DNA of 64,000 nt from Candidatus Multivoradales bacterium (GTDB lineage: Bacteria > Acidobacteriota > Thermoanaerobaculia > Multivoradales > J023): the NCBI GenBank assembly GCA_965248925.1, contig CBDFLE010000005.1, forward strand, positions 607,135 to 671,134, given 5' to 3'. The notes beneath the pieces were generated by a model. The model searched no databases. It was not told the DNA's origin and saw only the letters and a program-made list of their open reading frames with translations. The position numbers were made by a program, and so were the translations under genes. Below, one piece after another: positions 46,226 to 55,936 of the stretch (position 1 is its first letter; each line of letters starts with the position of its first letter).

Positions 46226-47332
46226 TCAAGAGCGCTCTGGATCCGGTGGGGTGTCCCGCTTCTCGACATCGTGGCGCCACCTACGCATGCTCTCCAAGCG
46301 GCGTTCGCGCAACTTGATCGCCTCGGCTCGGAGATCGATCACCCGATCCGACTCGTCGAGAATCTCTACTCCCAAGGTGGTCTCGACCAAGTCTTCCAAG
46401 GTCACCAGGCCGCTGATGCCACCGTATTCGTCGGTGATCAGAGCAAGATGCTCGCGAGTTTCGATCAAGCGACGCATCACCCGACCGATCACCTGGCCTT
46501 CTTGGATAAAGAGAGCCTTGCGCAGGAATTTTGTGATCGGAGTCTGGGGATCCTGGTCGTTGGCTGCCGCGAGCAGCACATCCCGTTGCAATACGAACCC
46601 CGTCACGTTGTCGTGGTTGTCTTTGTACAGTGGAATGCGGGAGAAAACCAACGTGTCTTCAGCGGCCAGAAAATCCGCGATAGTGGCCTCTGCCGGCAAC
46701 ATGCCGATCACCGTCCGCGGGGTCATGATGTCCTCGACCTTGATCTCGCCGAGGCGCAGAACGTTGCTCATCAACTTCGAATCTGCCGCTGGCAGTGAGC
46801 CTTCTCGAGCCGCCAAATTGACCATCGCCGCCAACTCGGCGCGAGAAATGCTGGAGGATTCTTCCTTGCGCGCTAGCGAGCGGGTGATGAACCGCAGCAC
46901 CCAGAGGGCAGGTTTGAGCAGTATGGTGAGCCAATGGGTGACCCGCGCCACAAAGCCGACCAGCTGCGAGGCGTACACCGTGCCGAGGGTCTTGGGGATG
47001 ATCTCGGTCACTACCAACATCAGCAAAGTCAGCAGGCCGCCGAACAATCCCACCCAGGCGTCACCGTAGATCGCTGCAACTTGGGCGCCCGCAAGCGCCG
47101 CGCCACTGGTATGAGATACCGTGTTCAGGGTCAGGATCGCGCTGATCGCATCGTCCAGGCGATCTTGTTTGAGTTCGAACAATAGGGCCGCGCCGCGATC
47201 TCCCTTGCCCCGGCGGTGCTCGAGTTCCGGCAATCTGGAGGACAGTAGTGTTGCCTCCAAGACCGAGCACAGAAACGACAGCGTCAGGGTCGCCGCCACG
47301 GTGGCGACCAAGATCATCAGGGTCAAACTCAT
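46226..47332 (-). CDS. CNNM/CorC/TlyC-family protein (DUF21 membrane domain + CBS pair + CorC_HlyC)
   Basis: N-terminal 4-TM DUF21. CBS pair ('IMTPRTVIGMLP...GFVLQRDVL', 'ALITDEYGGISGLVTLEDLVE'). C-terminal transporter-associated domain. Confidence 0.85.
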   Translation of the reverse strand: MSLTLMILVATVAATLTLSFLCSVLEATLLSSRLPELEHRRGKGDRGAALLFELKQDRLDDAISAILTLNTVSHTSGAALAGAQVAAIYGDAWVGLFGGLLTLLMLVVTEIIPKTLGTVYASQLVGFVARVTHWLTILLKPALWVLRFITRSLARKEESSSISRAELAAMVNLAAREGSLPAADSKLMSNVLRLGEIKVEDIMTPRTVIGMLPAEATIADFLAAEDTLVFSRIPLYKDNHDNVTGFVLQRDVLLAAANDQDPQTPITKFLRKALFIQEGQVIGRVMRRLIETREHLALITDEYGGISGLVTLEDLVETTLGVEILDESDRVIDLRAEAIKLRERRLESMRRWRHDVEKRDTPPDPERS

Positions 47333-47410
47333 GCCAGTTGGGTCCTCATTTCTGCTCCCCGATCATACCCAAGATCAGTGATCGGCGTCGGGCGGCTTGC
47401 GGGGTCGGCC

Positions 47411-48376
47411 TCAACCCTTCGGGTCGGGCTCCACCCAGGTGCCAGTCTTGCCCGCCATGGCGTCGATCAAGGTGTCGGCGTCGGTGATCAGCGCTTTGCT
47501 GCCGGTGTGTTCGACAAAGCGGCACGCGGCCTCCATTTTGGGCCCCATGCTGCCGGCGGGGAATTGGCCGGCGGCCAGGTGCAGGCGCGCTTCGCTGGCC
47601 GACAGGCGGGCCAGAGGACGCTCGTTTGGCTGACCGAAATTGAGCACCACTTGGGTCACGCCAGTGAGGATGAAGAGTTCACTCGCTCGCACCTGCTCGG
47701 CCAGCACCTGAGAAGTGAAGTCCTTGTCGATCACCGCCTCAACGCCGCGCAACAGTCCCCGCTCGCTGCGCGCCACCGGTATGCCGCCACCGCCGGTGAC
47801 GATTACCAAAGCTCCGGAGTCCACCAAGACCTGGATCTGATCACACCCGATAATATTGATCGGCAATGGCGAAGGCACCACTCGCCGCCAGCCGCGCCCG
47901 ATGTCTTCGCGCATCAGCCAGCCTTGCTGCTGGCTTAGCTCGCTTGCTTCGTCGCCAGTATAGGCCGAACCGACAAACTTGCTCGGTTGGTCCAGGGCCG
48001 GGTCAGTGGGATCGATCTCGACCATCGTCATCAGAGCACAGACAGGAGTTTCCAGACCACGTGCCAGCAGCTCGTTGCGCAGCACCCTTTCGATCATGTA
48101 GCCCATTCCGCCTTGCAGGTCGGCGACCACAATGTCCAAGGGAAGCTCAGGTGCTTGGCCGCGGGCTAGTTCGACGCGGATCATCTGGTTGCCGACCTGC
48201 GGTCCGTTGCCGTGGGTGAGAACGACTTGGTAACCTCGCTGCACTAACTCGGCAATGATCTGCAAGCTGCGCCGCAGATTGCGATAGTCCTGCTCGACAC
48301 TATCGTCGGTTCCTGCTCGGGTGATGGCGTTGCCGCCGATTGCTACCACGACTCGACGGTCGACAGCTGGCTGCAT
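47411..48376 (-). CDS. arcC: Carbamate kinase
   Basis: 'VVVAIGGNAI', 'VVLTHGNGPQVG', 'GGGGIPV'. 322 aa from the ATG at 48376 with an AGGAG RBS. The ORF-track 48613 start is an extension. Confidence 0.82.
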   Translation of the reverse strand: MQPAVDRRVVVAIGGNAITRAGTDDSVEQDYRNLRRSLQIIAELVQRGYQVVLTHGNGPQVGNQMIRVELARGQAPELPLDIVVADLQGGMGYMIERVLRNELLARGLETPVCALMTMVEIDPTDPALDQPSKFVGSAYTGDEASELSQQQGWLMREDIGRGWRRVVPSPLPINIIGCDQIQVLVDSGALVIVTGGGGIPVARSERGLLRGVEAVIDKDFTSQVLAEQVRASELFILTGVTQVVLNFGQPNERPLARLSASEARLHLAAGQFPAGSMGPKMEAACRFVEHTGSKALITDADTLIDAMAGKTGTWVEPDPKG

Positions 48377-48579
48377 GGGAAGGGCTCCTGAGTCTCGAAC
48401 ACTCGCCGGGGATTCTGGAGGCGGTATTGTAAGCCAATCGGAGGTATGAGAACAGGCCCCGCGCGATCGGCCCTTGGCCGCCAGTCGGCCGTCGTTGGCG
48501 GCCTGAGGAGACAAGAGCTGCCGTACACGATAGACTTCCCCGGTGAGGGTAGTAGGGGGAAGAAAAAGCTGGCCAGCAT

Positions 48580-48611
48580 GGCAACTAACCGGCGCGGCAA
48601 CTGACCGGCGC
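48580..48611. repeat. Two tandem 16-bp direct repeats GGCAACT(A/G)ACCGGCGC (1 mismatch), with a third partial GGCAAC 20 bp downstream
   Basis: Read directly. In the 520-bp intergenic region between arcC (minus) and the LuxR-type response-regulator gene (plus). Confidence 0.5.
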
Positions 48612-48895
48612 ACTAGTTAGCCAGTATGGCAACAGCTTGGTCTCGGTGATCGCCAACTGCAACTGCACTTGAATAGAGCGATCGCATTGAGCGCATTCGA
48701 GTTTCTCGTCGCAGTCCAGCGGGCTGGCTGGTGAGGCGTCCGCTTCTCGCGGACCGGCGCTGGCCATTCCCCCCCCAAATGCAGCCCGCTGCATGCCGCG
48801 GTGCTAGGGTTCAGTACTGTCAAGCGGCAGAGTATCTGAGTACAATTGCGTTACGTCTCTTCTCGTAGCGAGCAAACTTAGGGAGTCAGGCCGCA

Positions 48896-49588
48896 ATGGG
48901 GAAAAAGATCCGCGTACTGGTGGCAGAAAGGCAGCCAGCGACCCGCGAACAGATCCAGAAGTTGATCGCCGAGCAGGTGGAGATGGAGGTGGTCAATGTG
49001 GCGACCTCAATGGATGAGATTTTCAGTCAGACCGAGCAGGATCCACCGGACGTTCTGCTGCTCGATCTGAGCATGCCAGGCAGCGGTTTGCGCGCCCTCG
49101 AGCAGCTCGCCGAGTTGCGGCCTGGGATGCGGGTCATCGTCTTGGCGACCCACGTAGAGACGACGCTTTTGCGTTCGGTACTGGCCTTCGGCTCGCTGGG
49201 CTACGTGGTGCACAAAGACAACCACCGCGAGCTGCTGTCGTCGATCAAAAAGATCTGCAGCGGCCGTTCCTACATCGACGTACCCACCGGTGGCCTGCAA
49301 CTACCGCCAGGACTAGATCCACGATCACCGAGGTTCGAAGAAGTGCGAGGCAAGTTGGCATTGCTGAGCAAACGCGAGAGCGAGGTTCTAGAAGCGGTTG
49401 CCTTTGGCTACACCAACCGCGAGATCGCCGCTCGCATCGGAGTCAGCGTCAAGAGCGTTGAGACCTACCGCTATCGCTTGGCGGAGAAACTCCAGTTCAA
49501 AAGCCGCGCGGACCTGGTGCGTTTTTCCCTTGAAGCAGGACTCTTGCAGGTTGGCAAAGAGGTCTTCGACGGTCCTCTGCCCTCTTAG
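48896..49588 (+). CDS. LuxR/NarL-family response regulator (REC + LuxR-type HTH), orphan
   Basis: Receiver with 'VLLLDLSMPG' (phospho-Asp) and 'RVIVLATH'. C-terminal 'LSKRESEVLEAVAFGYTNREIAARIGVSVKSVETYRYRLAEKL' LuxR HTH. No histidine kinase in the window. Confidence 0.85.
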   Translation: MGKKIRVLVAERQPATREQIQKLIAEQVEMEVVNVATSMDEIFSQTEQDPPDVLLLDLSMPGSGLRALEQLAELRPGMRVIVLATHVETTLLRSVLAFGSLGYVVHKDNHRELLSSIKKICSGRSYIDVPTGGLQLPPGLDPRSPRFEEVRGKLALLSKRESEVLEAVAFGYTNREIAARIGVSVKSVETYRYRLAEKLQFKSRADLVRFSLEAGLLQVGKEVFDGPLPS

Positions 49589-49680
49589 CAGCCAGGGCAG
49601 GAGGCAAGTAACCTCCAGCCTCGAGCCACCGTACCTCGGCCCTTTTCTCACTTTCAGAATCGCTAGATAGTTTCTCGCGC

Positions 49681-50394
49681 CTATTGCTCGATGGGATCGA
49701 ATTCGGCGAAACCGGCCAAGGCATGGGCTGAAAAGCTGCCTTCGGAGATCCAGTCCCGCAAGAAAAAGCCATGGTCTAGCATCGGCAGGGCATTGTTGTC
49801 TGGCCGTCGGATGTTGGTCATGGTGAAGGCAAAGTCCTCTTGCAGCGCCACCGCACCGTCATTCACTCCAACACCTTGCAACAGCGGGTAAGTGGTGAAC
49901 TTGATCGACCGATCCACCGCCTCGGAACTCTGCAAGGTAGCGGTCGCGCCGAGAGTCGCGATGTTCGGTGAAAGGGAAGTCAGGAGCGCATTCTCAAAGC
50001 TGATTGCCAGTAAATTCTGACCGCTACCATTGAGGCGGAAAGAGGCTACGCCGTCGACATCCCAGCTATGCACCCAATTGCCGCCACGGGCGCTCAGCGT
50101 GTAGCCGCTGATGTGACCGACGAAGGTGAAAGTGGCGGGGAAGATCACCACGCTGCCGCTGCCGTCGTTGTTGAGGTCGATCATCAGGTCCACATTGACC
50201 GCCGAATCAACGCTGAAAGCCGCGGCGTCGTTCAAATCGGCCGGCATTGAGCCGCCGGAGTTGCCGCGAAAGGTGGGCCCATCGTGATTGTCGTCCGACG
50301 CGAAGCTGAATGTAATCGCCGCCACCGGCGATGTGGCCAATAACACGCCAATAGCCAGAACGCAGAGCCAGCTGGATAAGGATCGTAGTTGCAT
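49681..50394 (-). CDS. Secreted hypothetical protein (signal peptide; beta-rich, Asn/Asp/Gly-rich)
   Basis: ATG 50394 with GGAGGA RBS. 'MQLRSLSSWLCVLAIGVLLATSPVAA' signal peptide. 'DLNNDGSGSV' calcium-binding-like loop. No family recognised. Confidence 0.45.
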   Translation of the reverse strand: MQLRSLSSWLCVLAIGVLLATSPVAAITFSFASDDNHDGPTFRGNSGGSMPADLNDAAAFSVDSAVNVDLMIDLNNDGSGSVVIFPATFTFVGHISGYTLSARGGNWVHSWDVDGVASFRLNGSGQNLLAISFENALLTSLSPNIATLGATATLQSSEAVDRSIKFTTYPLLQGVGVNDGAVALQEDFAFTMTNIRRPDNNALPMLDHGFFLRDWISEGSFSAHALAGFAEFDPIEQ

Positions 50395-50614
50395 GAGCTT
50401 CCTCCTCAGAAAGCCGTGGTTTGCCCCAGAAAGTGAGCTGAGCAACACATGTTAGCAATCTCTGACTTGCCACGGCGATGCAGGAGATTTCTCTCGCTCT
50501 GCCGTTTCACTCGCCAGCGAAGCGCGCCTCCGCTGAATCAGCCGCGGCGTCGGGAACACATTCGCTGGGCAAAGAATTGGAACCAAAACGAGGCAAAGAC
50601 GGTCCAATATCTAG

Positions 50615-51100
50615 ATGAACCTACTCGATCTTCTGCGCCATGAAGCGCCGCTGAGTCTGGATGGCTTGACGGCAGGCGTAGCTCTCTTTTGGCCGGTCAT
50701 CGGAGCCGAGATCCTAGCGGTCGGCAGCCGCTATCGTGGTACGACTAGACGCGGTAGCGTGGCAGAGGCCCTCTGGCCTCTGCTGCAAGGGCGGCTACTG
50801 CTACCAATTCTTCTGTGGGGCCTGATTTCAACTCGCTCGCTTTCAAGGGCGGTCTGGTACGCAAGTGTTTCGCACGGCCCCTCGTGGGAAGAACTCTTGA
50901 CCTCCTTGGCGCTATCCATGTTCCACGGCGGCCTATTGCTGGCCACGGTGATGAGCCTTCGCACTGTGTGGCTTTCACCTCGCGGCCTGCTTGCGGCTCA
51001 CACTGGCTTGACCGGAGTCCATCGAATCACCTTTCAAATCGTGCTGACTTCGGTAGTCTTCTTACAGGTTCTCATTCTGCTGATTCTCACCCGACTCTGA
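50615..51100 (+). CDS. Small integral membrane protein (about 4 TM), hypothetical
   Basis: 161 aa, four hydrophobic segments. No motifs recognised. The coding call rests on length and hydropathy only. Confidence 0.35.
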   Translation: MNLLDLLRHEAPLSLDGLTAGVALFWPVIGAEILAVGSRYRGTTRRGSVAEALWPLLQGRLLLPILLWGLISTRSLSRAVWYASVSHGPSWEELLTSLALSMFHGGLLLATVMSLRTVWLSPRGLLAAHTGLTGVHRITFQIVLTSVVFLQVLILLILTRL

Positions 51101-51261
51101 CTTGCCAACTGAAGTTGCCGCTAGGAGATCGCCAAGGAAACAGCGTCCTTGGGTTGGCGGTAGGCTCACCAGGAGCGGCGCCACGAGATTTCTTCATCAG
51201 GGGGGCAAGATTGCTAACACTACCCAGGCGAGGGTCCAGGAGGAGTCAATTCCTGGCTTGG

Positions 51262-53148
51262 TCAATCTCCCAACAGCAGTTTGAGTCCTTCGATCTTCTG
51301 ATTGATCTCCCCTAAGCCAAGATCGCGGTAGCGGTTGGGTAGGAAGCGGCTGTCGGTGCATTCCTTGGTGGCCACCAAATCCATCAACTGCAAGCGCTCG
51401 ATGTGGGCCGAGGGGCGCATCTCCTCGATCACCCCGGAGACTATTTCGGCCACCGGCTTGGCACTCTCGCCTTCATCTTGGGTCGCGTGTAAGCGCAAGG
51501 CGCGCACCAGGATGCCTTCCATCTCGTTACCGCCGATCTGGTTGTTGTCGGGCAGGGGAGGCAGGTCTTGTTGGTCGATCTCGAGTCCGACTTTGCGAGT
51601 CATGGCCCAGAACAGCTCGTGACGGCTCTCGGCGTCGCCAGGGGGGAAGAGGGGAATGTGCACATCGAGCCGGCCTTGGCGCTTGAGGTCGACCTCCAGC
51701 AGGTCGGGGCGGCTGGTGGCGAAGACCCACAAGATCTTGCCGCGGTTGCGGGTGTCGCTCATCTCCTTGGCCAGCATGCCGTAAATGCGGCCGGAAAGGC
51801 CCGAATCACTCGAATCGCCGCCTCGCTTGCCGGTCATCTGATCGGCTTCGTCGACGAAGACGATCACCTGGCCCAGAGCGCGCAAGATGGTGAAGATGCG
51901 CTCCAGGTTGCCCTCGGTGGCACCCACCCAACGTTCGCGAAAGTTTTTCATTTCGACCACCGGGATGCCGACTTCTCCGGCCCAGCAAGTCACTAAGAAA
52001 GTCTTGCCGGTGCCGATGCGACCGCAGAGCAAGTAACCCATGGGCAGGGCGCGAGTGCGGCCGGCTTTGAGCAAGGCGGCGTCTTGGCGCAACCAGGCTT
52101 TGGCCTCGTGATGGCCGGCGACATCGTCGAGGGTGCGCTTCGACTCGATGAAGGCAATGCGGCCGAAGGCCTCCTTCTCGATCAGCTCTTTCTTCACTCG
52201 CGTCAAGTAGTCGCTGGTGATGCGCTCGTCGCCTTCGAGAGCCCGCCGCACCAGGGAGCGGACGTTGACCCGCGACAGGCCTACCAACTTGGCGGCCAAG
52301 GCTTCACGATCGACTTCGCAAACATGCTCGAAGTCTGCCACCTGGTCGGTTAGGTGGTGGACGAAGCGGCGGATCTCAGCCGCCTTGGGCAGAGTCAGTT
52401 TGATTTTTGACGAATAAGGGCTCTCGACCAGCAGCCGGTTGAGATCGGCCAGGTTCTCGGTGATCAGTACGTTGGCGATCACCGCCTGGGTGATCGACGG
52501 ATCGGAGCCCCAGTCGAGCAGCCGAATCAGGGTCTGGCTGAGATCACCCGAGAGGTGCAGGGCTTCGCCCTGGGGGGCGATGAAGTGGGCATAGTCGATC
52601 ACCACGGCTACTTTCAGTGGCGCCCGCACCCGCTGACCCTGGTCGTCGAGGTCGGTGCGGTGCTGGCTGCCGCGGATGAAGCGATCGATGATCTCCAACG
52701 CCCGCTTGGCGTCGCGCGGCAGCTGGTTGGCTAGGTTCAGGGTCTCCATCTTGTCCTTGCCGGTGCTGGGCAGGGAGGCCCAAGAGGTACCCTGGAAGGT
52801 GTCAAAGGCCTTGAGGAAACGATGCACATGGTCGCCGCCCTTGCGCACCCGGATGCCGCGGCCGCGGTCGTAGTGCAGCACGACATCGAAGGGAGCGAAC
52901 ATCACCTCGGTGAGGAAGGTGCGCAGCGAGACGTAACGCTCTCCCTTGGCCCCGGTGGCGGCCGGCGCGGCGACTTCGTCGGCATCGCCAAACGCATCAC
53001 GGCGCGGATCGCCGGCTAGAGGGCCCGCCGGCGCTGGCGCCGGCACCAGATCAGCGACGTTGCCATAGAGGATGAACTGGCTCGCCGAACCGCTGCGAAA
53101 GACATTGCGCATTTCCCCGGCCCAGGCCGGCAAGGAGGCTTCGCTCAT
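51262..53148 (-). CDS. AAA+ ATPase, classic clade, single C-terminal AAA module with about 350-aa N-terminal region of unknown function
   Basis: Walker A 'GRIGTGKTF', Walker B 'VIVFVDEADQM', sensor-1/SRH region 'ILWVFATSRPDLLEVDLKRQGRLD' (second-region-of-homology Arg). The spacing 'VEMKNFRERWVGATEGNLERIF' between the Walker motifs resembles Vps4/katanin/FtsH-type modules. Last gene of the pspA operon. Confidence 0.8.
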   Translation of the reverse strand: MSEASLPAWAGEMRNVFRSGSASQFILYGNVADLVPAPAPAGPLAGDPRRDAFGDADEVAAPAATGAKGERYVSLRTFLTEVMFAPFDVVLHYDRGRGIRVRKGGDHVHRFLKAFDTFQGTSWASLPSTGKDKMETLNLANQLPRDAKRALEIIDRFIRGSQHRTDLDDQGQRVRAPLKVAVVIDYAHFIAPQGEALHLSGDLSQTLIRLLDWGSDPSITQAVIANVLITENLADLNRLLVESPYSSKIKLTLPKAAEIRRFVHHLTDQVADFEHVCEVDREALAAKLVGLSRVNVRSLVRRALEGDERITSDYLTRVKKELIEKEAFGRIAFIESKRTLDDVAGHHEAKAWLRQDAALLKAGRTRALPMGYLLCGRIGTGKTFLVTCWAGEVGIPVVEMKNFRERWVGATEGNLERIFTILRALGQVIVFVDEADQMTGKRGGDSSDSGLSGRIYGMLAKEMSDTRNRGKILWVFATSRPDLLEVDLKRQGRLDVHIPLFPPGDAESRHELFWAMTRKVGLEIDQQDLPPLPDNNQIGGNEMEGILVRALRLHATQDEGESAKPVAEIVSGVIEEMRPSAHIERLQLMDLVATKECTDSRFLPNRYRDLGLGEINQKIEGLKLLLGD

Positions 53149-53153
53149 CGGGT

Positions 53154-54029
53154 CTATTCTCCTTGTAGGGCGCTGGGTAGGCGAGGCAAATCGGGGACCG
53201 GGCTGTCGAGTTCGCTGCCCAAGTCACCCAGCAAGTCGGCGTGCTGTTCCATCCACAAGCTGGTCTCCTGCATTGATGAGCTGACCTGATCGAGGCGACT
53301 CGACAGCTGATCGGCGCCGCCGCTGACCGCGGTCTCCTCACGGATCAACTCGACTTGGCCCTCGATGCGCCGCAACTCGGCATCAATCACATCGAGACTC
53401 TCGCGGGCGCGGGCGAAATTATCTAGCCGCTTGCCGGTGATCTCCAACGTGCTCCGCAGCGATCGCGCCAACGCCGGTTGGGCCTCGGCGTCGATTCCTT
53501 CCAGCCGCTCTTCGAGTCGGGTGATCTCGCCGCGCAGGCCGTCCGGGTTGAGATTGTGCAGGTTGGCCATGATCGCCCGCCGCGATGAGAGCAGGCGGAG
53601 AAAGATCCGCAGCATCTGGTTGAGGCCATGATTTCGTAGTTCGCCGACGTTGCCCAGGCTGTCTCCACGGTCCTGGCGCAAACCGAGAATGCGGCGACAC
53701 TGGTCGAGCAGCTGGCGATAGCGCTGCCTGCTGTCTGCCGATAGACGGCTCAAGGTGTCACCGATTCTGGCCTCATAGTTCTCTTGCACCGCCAGCAAGC
53801 GTTCGCCCTGAATCAACTTTTGAAACCTGGCACTGCTGGCCATCCCGAAGAGGTAGGTCAACTCGCCAGCAGCCCCCAGCAGCCAGAAGCCGGGATTGGC
53901 GATACCCAGCACGCCGAAGATGCCCAAGGCCATCCAATTGGCCGGCAACTGGCCCAGCAGTGGCAGGCTAGCCCTGCGGCTGAAGGCTTCCTTCAGATAG
54001 TCGCCGAATCCGAGCGGCCTCGCCATCAA
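53154..54029 (-). CDS. Membrane protein with 2 N-terminal TM helices and a long C-terminal coiled-coil region (TelA/XpaC-like architecture)
   Basis: TMs '[33 protein letters not shown]'. Heptad-rich C-terminus ('[20 protein letters not shown]...[17 protein letters not shown]'). 4-nt overlap with the upstream ABC ATPase gene and a 5-nt gap to the AAA+ gene. Confidence 0.5.
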   Translation of the reverse strand: MMARPLGFGDYLKEAFSRRASLPLLGQLPANWMALGIFGVLGIANPGFWLLGAAGELTYLFGMASSARFQKLIQGERLLAVQENYEARIGDTLSRLSADSRQRYRQLLDQCRRILGLRQDRGDSLGNVGELRNHGLNQMLRIFLRLLSSRRAIMANLHNLNPDGLRGEITRLEERLEGIDAEAQPALARSLRSTLEITGKRLDNFARARESLDVIDAELRRIEGQVELIREETAVSGGADQLSSRLDQVSSSMQETSLWMEQHADLLGDLGSELDSPVPDLPRLPSALQGE

Positions 54030-54904
54030 TCTGCCTCTGCTTTTGCCAGGGTCCTCGCCACCTCGCGCACCGCGTCGCGAAAATCACTGCGCTCCTGCAC
54101 CAACAGCGGATCGGCCAAGCGATCGGGAGGGAAGATATCGTCGAAAGTGTGGGCGATAGTGCCTGGTGCCGAAGACATTACCCACACCCGGTCACCGAGG
54201 TAGACCGCCTCGGAAAGGGAGTGGGTGATCAGGAAAACGGTGGCCTCGACCTCGTGCCAGAGTTCGGTGATCAAGCGCTGCATTTCATAGCGAGTAGGTT
54301 CGTCCAAAGCCGAGAAAGGCTCGTCCATCAAGATAATGCGCGGCTTGAGCACCAGGGTGCGAGCGATCGCCACCCGCTGCTGTTGGCCGCCGGAGAGCTG
54401 CTTGGGGTACTTCTTCTCGTGCCCATCGAGGCCCACTCGGCGGATCAGCTGCATCGCCCGGTCTTCCATTTCCGAGCGGCTCAAGCCCAGCTCGCGCTTG
54501 GCCAGTTCGAGACCGAAAGTGACGTTACGCAGCACGGTGAGGTGGGGAAAAGAGCTGTAGCGCTGAAAAATCTGGCCCCGGTCACGGCCCGGCCCGGTGA
54601 CTTCCTGGCCGCGAACCTTCACCGAGCCCCGAGTCGCCGGATAGACGTCGGGGAAGCCCTGAATCAGATTGAAAATCGTTGACTTGCCACAGCCGGAAGG
54701 GCCGATCAGCGAGATGAACTCTCCCTTGTCTTTGACATCCTCGACGCGAAAATCAACATCGCGAATGGCGGTGTAGGCACGCGCCGTGCCGGGATTGAAG
54801 GTCTTCTCAACGCTGGCGAATTCCACCACCGGCGGTTCTTGACTCGCCAATCCGGCCGTTGCCTGGCCGGCTGCCGCGCCAGCCTTCTCCTGGGAGCCAC
54901 TCAT
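54026..54904 (-). CDS. ABC transporter ATP-binding protein (NitT/TauT nitrate/sulfonate/bicarbonate-type)
   Basis: Walker A 'GPSGCGKST', signature '[13 protein letters not shown]', Walker B '[11 protein letters not shown]', H-loop 'ITHSL'. Confidence 0.9.
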   Translation of the reverse strand: MSGSQEKAGAAAGQATAGLASQEPPVVEFASVEKTFNPGTARAYTAIRDVDFRVEDVKDKGEFISLIGPSGCGKSTIFNLIQGFPDVYPATRGSVKVRGQEVTGPGRDRGQIFQRYSSFPHLTVLRNVTFGLELAKRELGLSRSEMEDRAMQLIRRVGLDGHEKKYPKQLSGGQQQRVAIARTLVLKPRIILMDEPFSALDEPTRYEMQRLITELWHEVEATVFLITHSLSEAVYLGDRVWVMSSAPGTIAHTFDDIFPPDRLADPLLVQERSDFRDAVREVARTLAKAEAD

Positions 54905-55932
54905 CGATGGGCCTCACGGTAGGGAAAGAGCTTGTGGCCGAGCATCTGCCACAGCTTGTCGGTGAGGAAGGCGACGGTCACGATCAGCAGAATGATCAAA
55001 TAGATGTGCGGGCGGAGTTCGCCGCGGCGCTGTGAAATGAGGATCATGCCGCCGACTCCCTTGCCGATGTCGACCATCTCGACCAGGATGATGTAGCTCC
55101 AACCGATGCCAAAACCGAGGCGCATGGCCTGGAAGACATCTTGCCACGACACCGCCAGCAGCACCTTCAAGACCGCTTGTAGCTTGCTGGCGCCGAGGGT
55201 GTAAGCGGTCTTGAGATAGATCTCGTCGACCCCTTCCACCGCGGCGACGATCAACGGCAACATGTAGATCGAGAAGGCCATGGCCAGAAAAGCGACCTTC
55301 TGCTTTTCGTCAGTGCCGAAGAGACTCAAACTGAGTGGCACCAGGGCGGGAATCGGCAAGTAGGCGCCGAAAACCGCCAGCGGGTTGAACATCGCCTTGA
55401 TCTTGCTGAAAGCACCCATCAACAGACCCAGGGGAAAGGCGATCGCCAATCCCACCGCGAATCCTGCTAGCACTCGGCCGAATGAAATTCCCAGATGGCG
55501 GACCACCGCCCGATCGAACCACAGGGAGGGGAAGGACCGCGCCACCTCCAGTGGACTGGGGAGGATGACCGAGGAGATCATCCGCGATTCCACCGTCGGG
55601 CCGGCGGTCACCCCCCACCACAGAGCGAGGAGGGCGAGGATTGGCGTCAGACCCAACAGCCAATGCATCCAAGTAGGTACGTCTTCGCGAATGCGCAGCC
55701 AGCCGAAGGGGCCGCGCGAGGGTGGAGGAGCGCCCGCCTCGAGCAGTTCGTCAACCTCTTCCTGGTCGGTAGCCGCCCCTTCTTCGTCACTCTGGCTAGG
55801 CTCGTCGCCGTCGTTGTAGAACAAAGACAGCAGGCCGCCGTCGTCGTCTTCCTCCGCTGTGGTTGGGTTGCCGGCGGCGGATGCATCGACGGGCGACGGC
55901 GGCTGGCGCCTATCTTGGCCGCGATCACTCAA
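54901..55932 (-). CDS. ABC transporter permease (NitT/TauT family) with acidic N-terminal extension
   Basis: 6 TM. EAA-like loop '[24 protein letters not shown]'. About 90-aa D/E-rich cytoplasmic N-terminus. 4-nt overlaps on both sides. Confidence 0.85.
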   Translation of the reverse strand: MSDRGQDRRQPPSPVDASAAGNPTTAEEDDDGGLLSLFYNDGDEPSQSDEEGAATDQEEVDELLEAGAPPPSRGPFGWLRIREDVPTWMHWLLGLTPILALLALWWGVTAGPTVESRMISSVILPSPLEVARSFPSLWFDRAVVRHLGISFGRVLAGFAVGLAIAFPLGLLMGAFSKIKAMFNPLAVFGAYLPIPALVPLSLSLFGTDEKQKVAFLAMAFSIYMLPLIVAAVEGVDEIYLKTAYTLGASKLQAVLKVLLAVSWQDVFQAMRLGFGIGWSYIILVEMVDIGKGVGGMILISQRRGELRPHIYLIILLIVTVAFLTDKLWQMLGHKLFPYREAHR

Positions 55933-55936
55933 GGCT

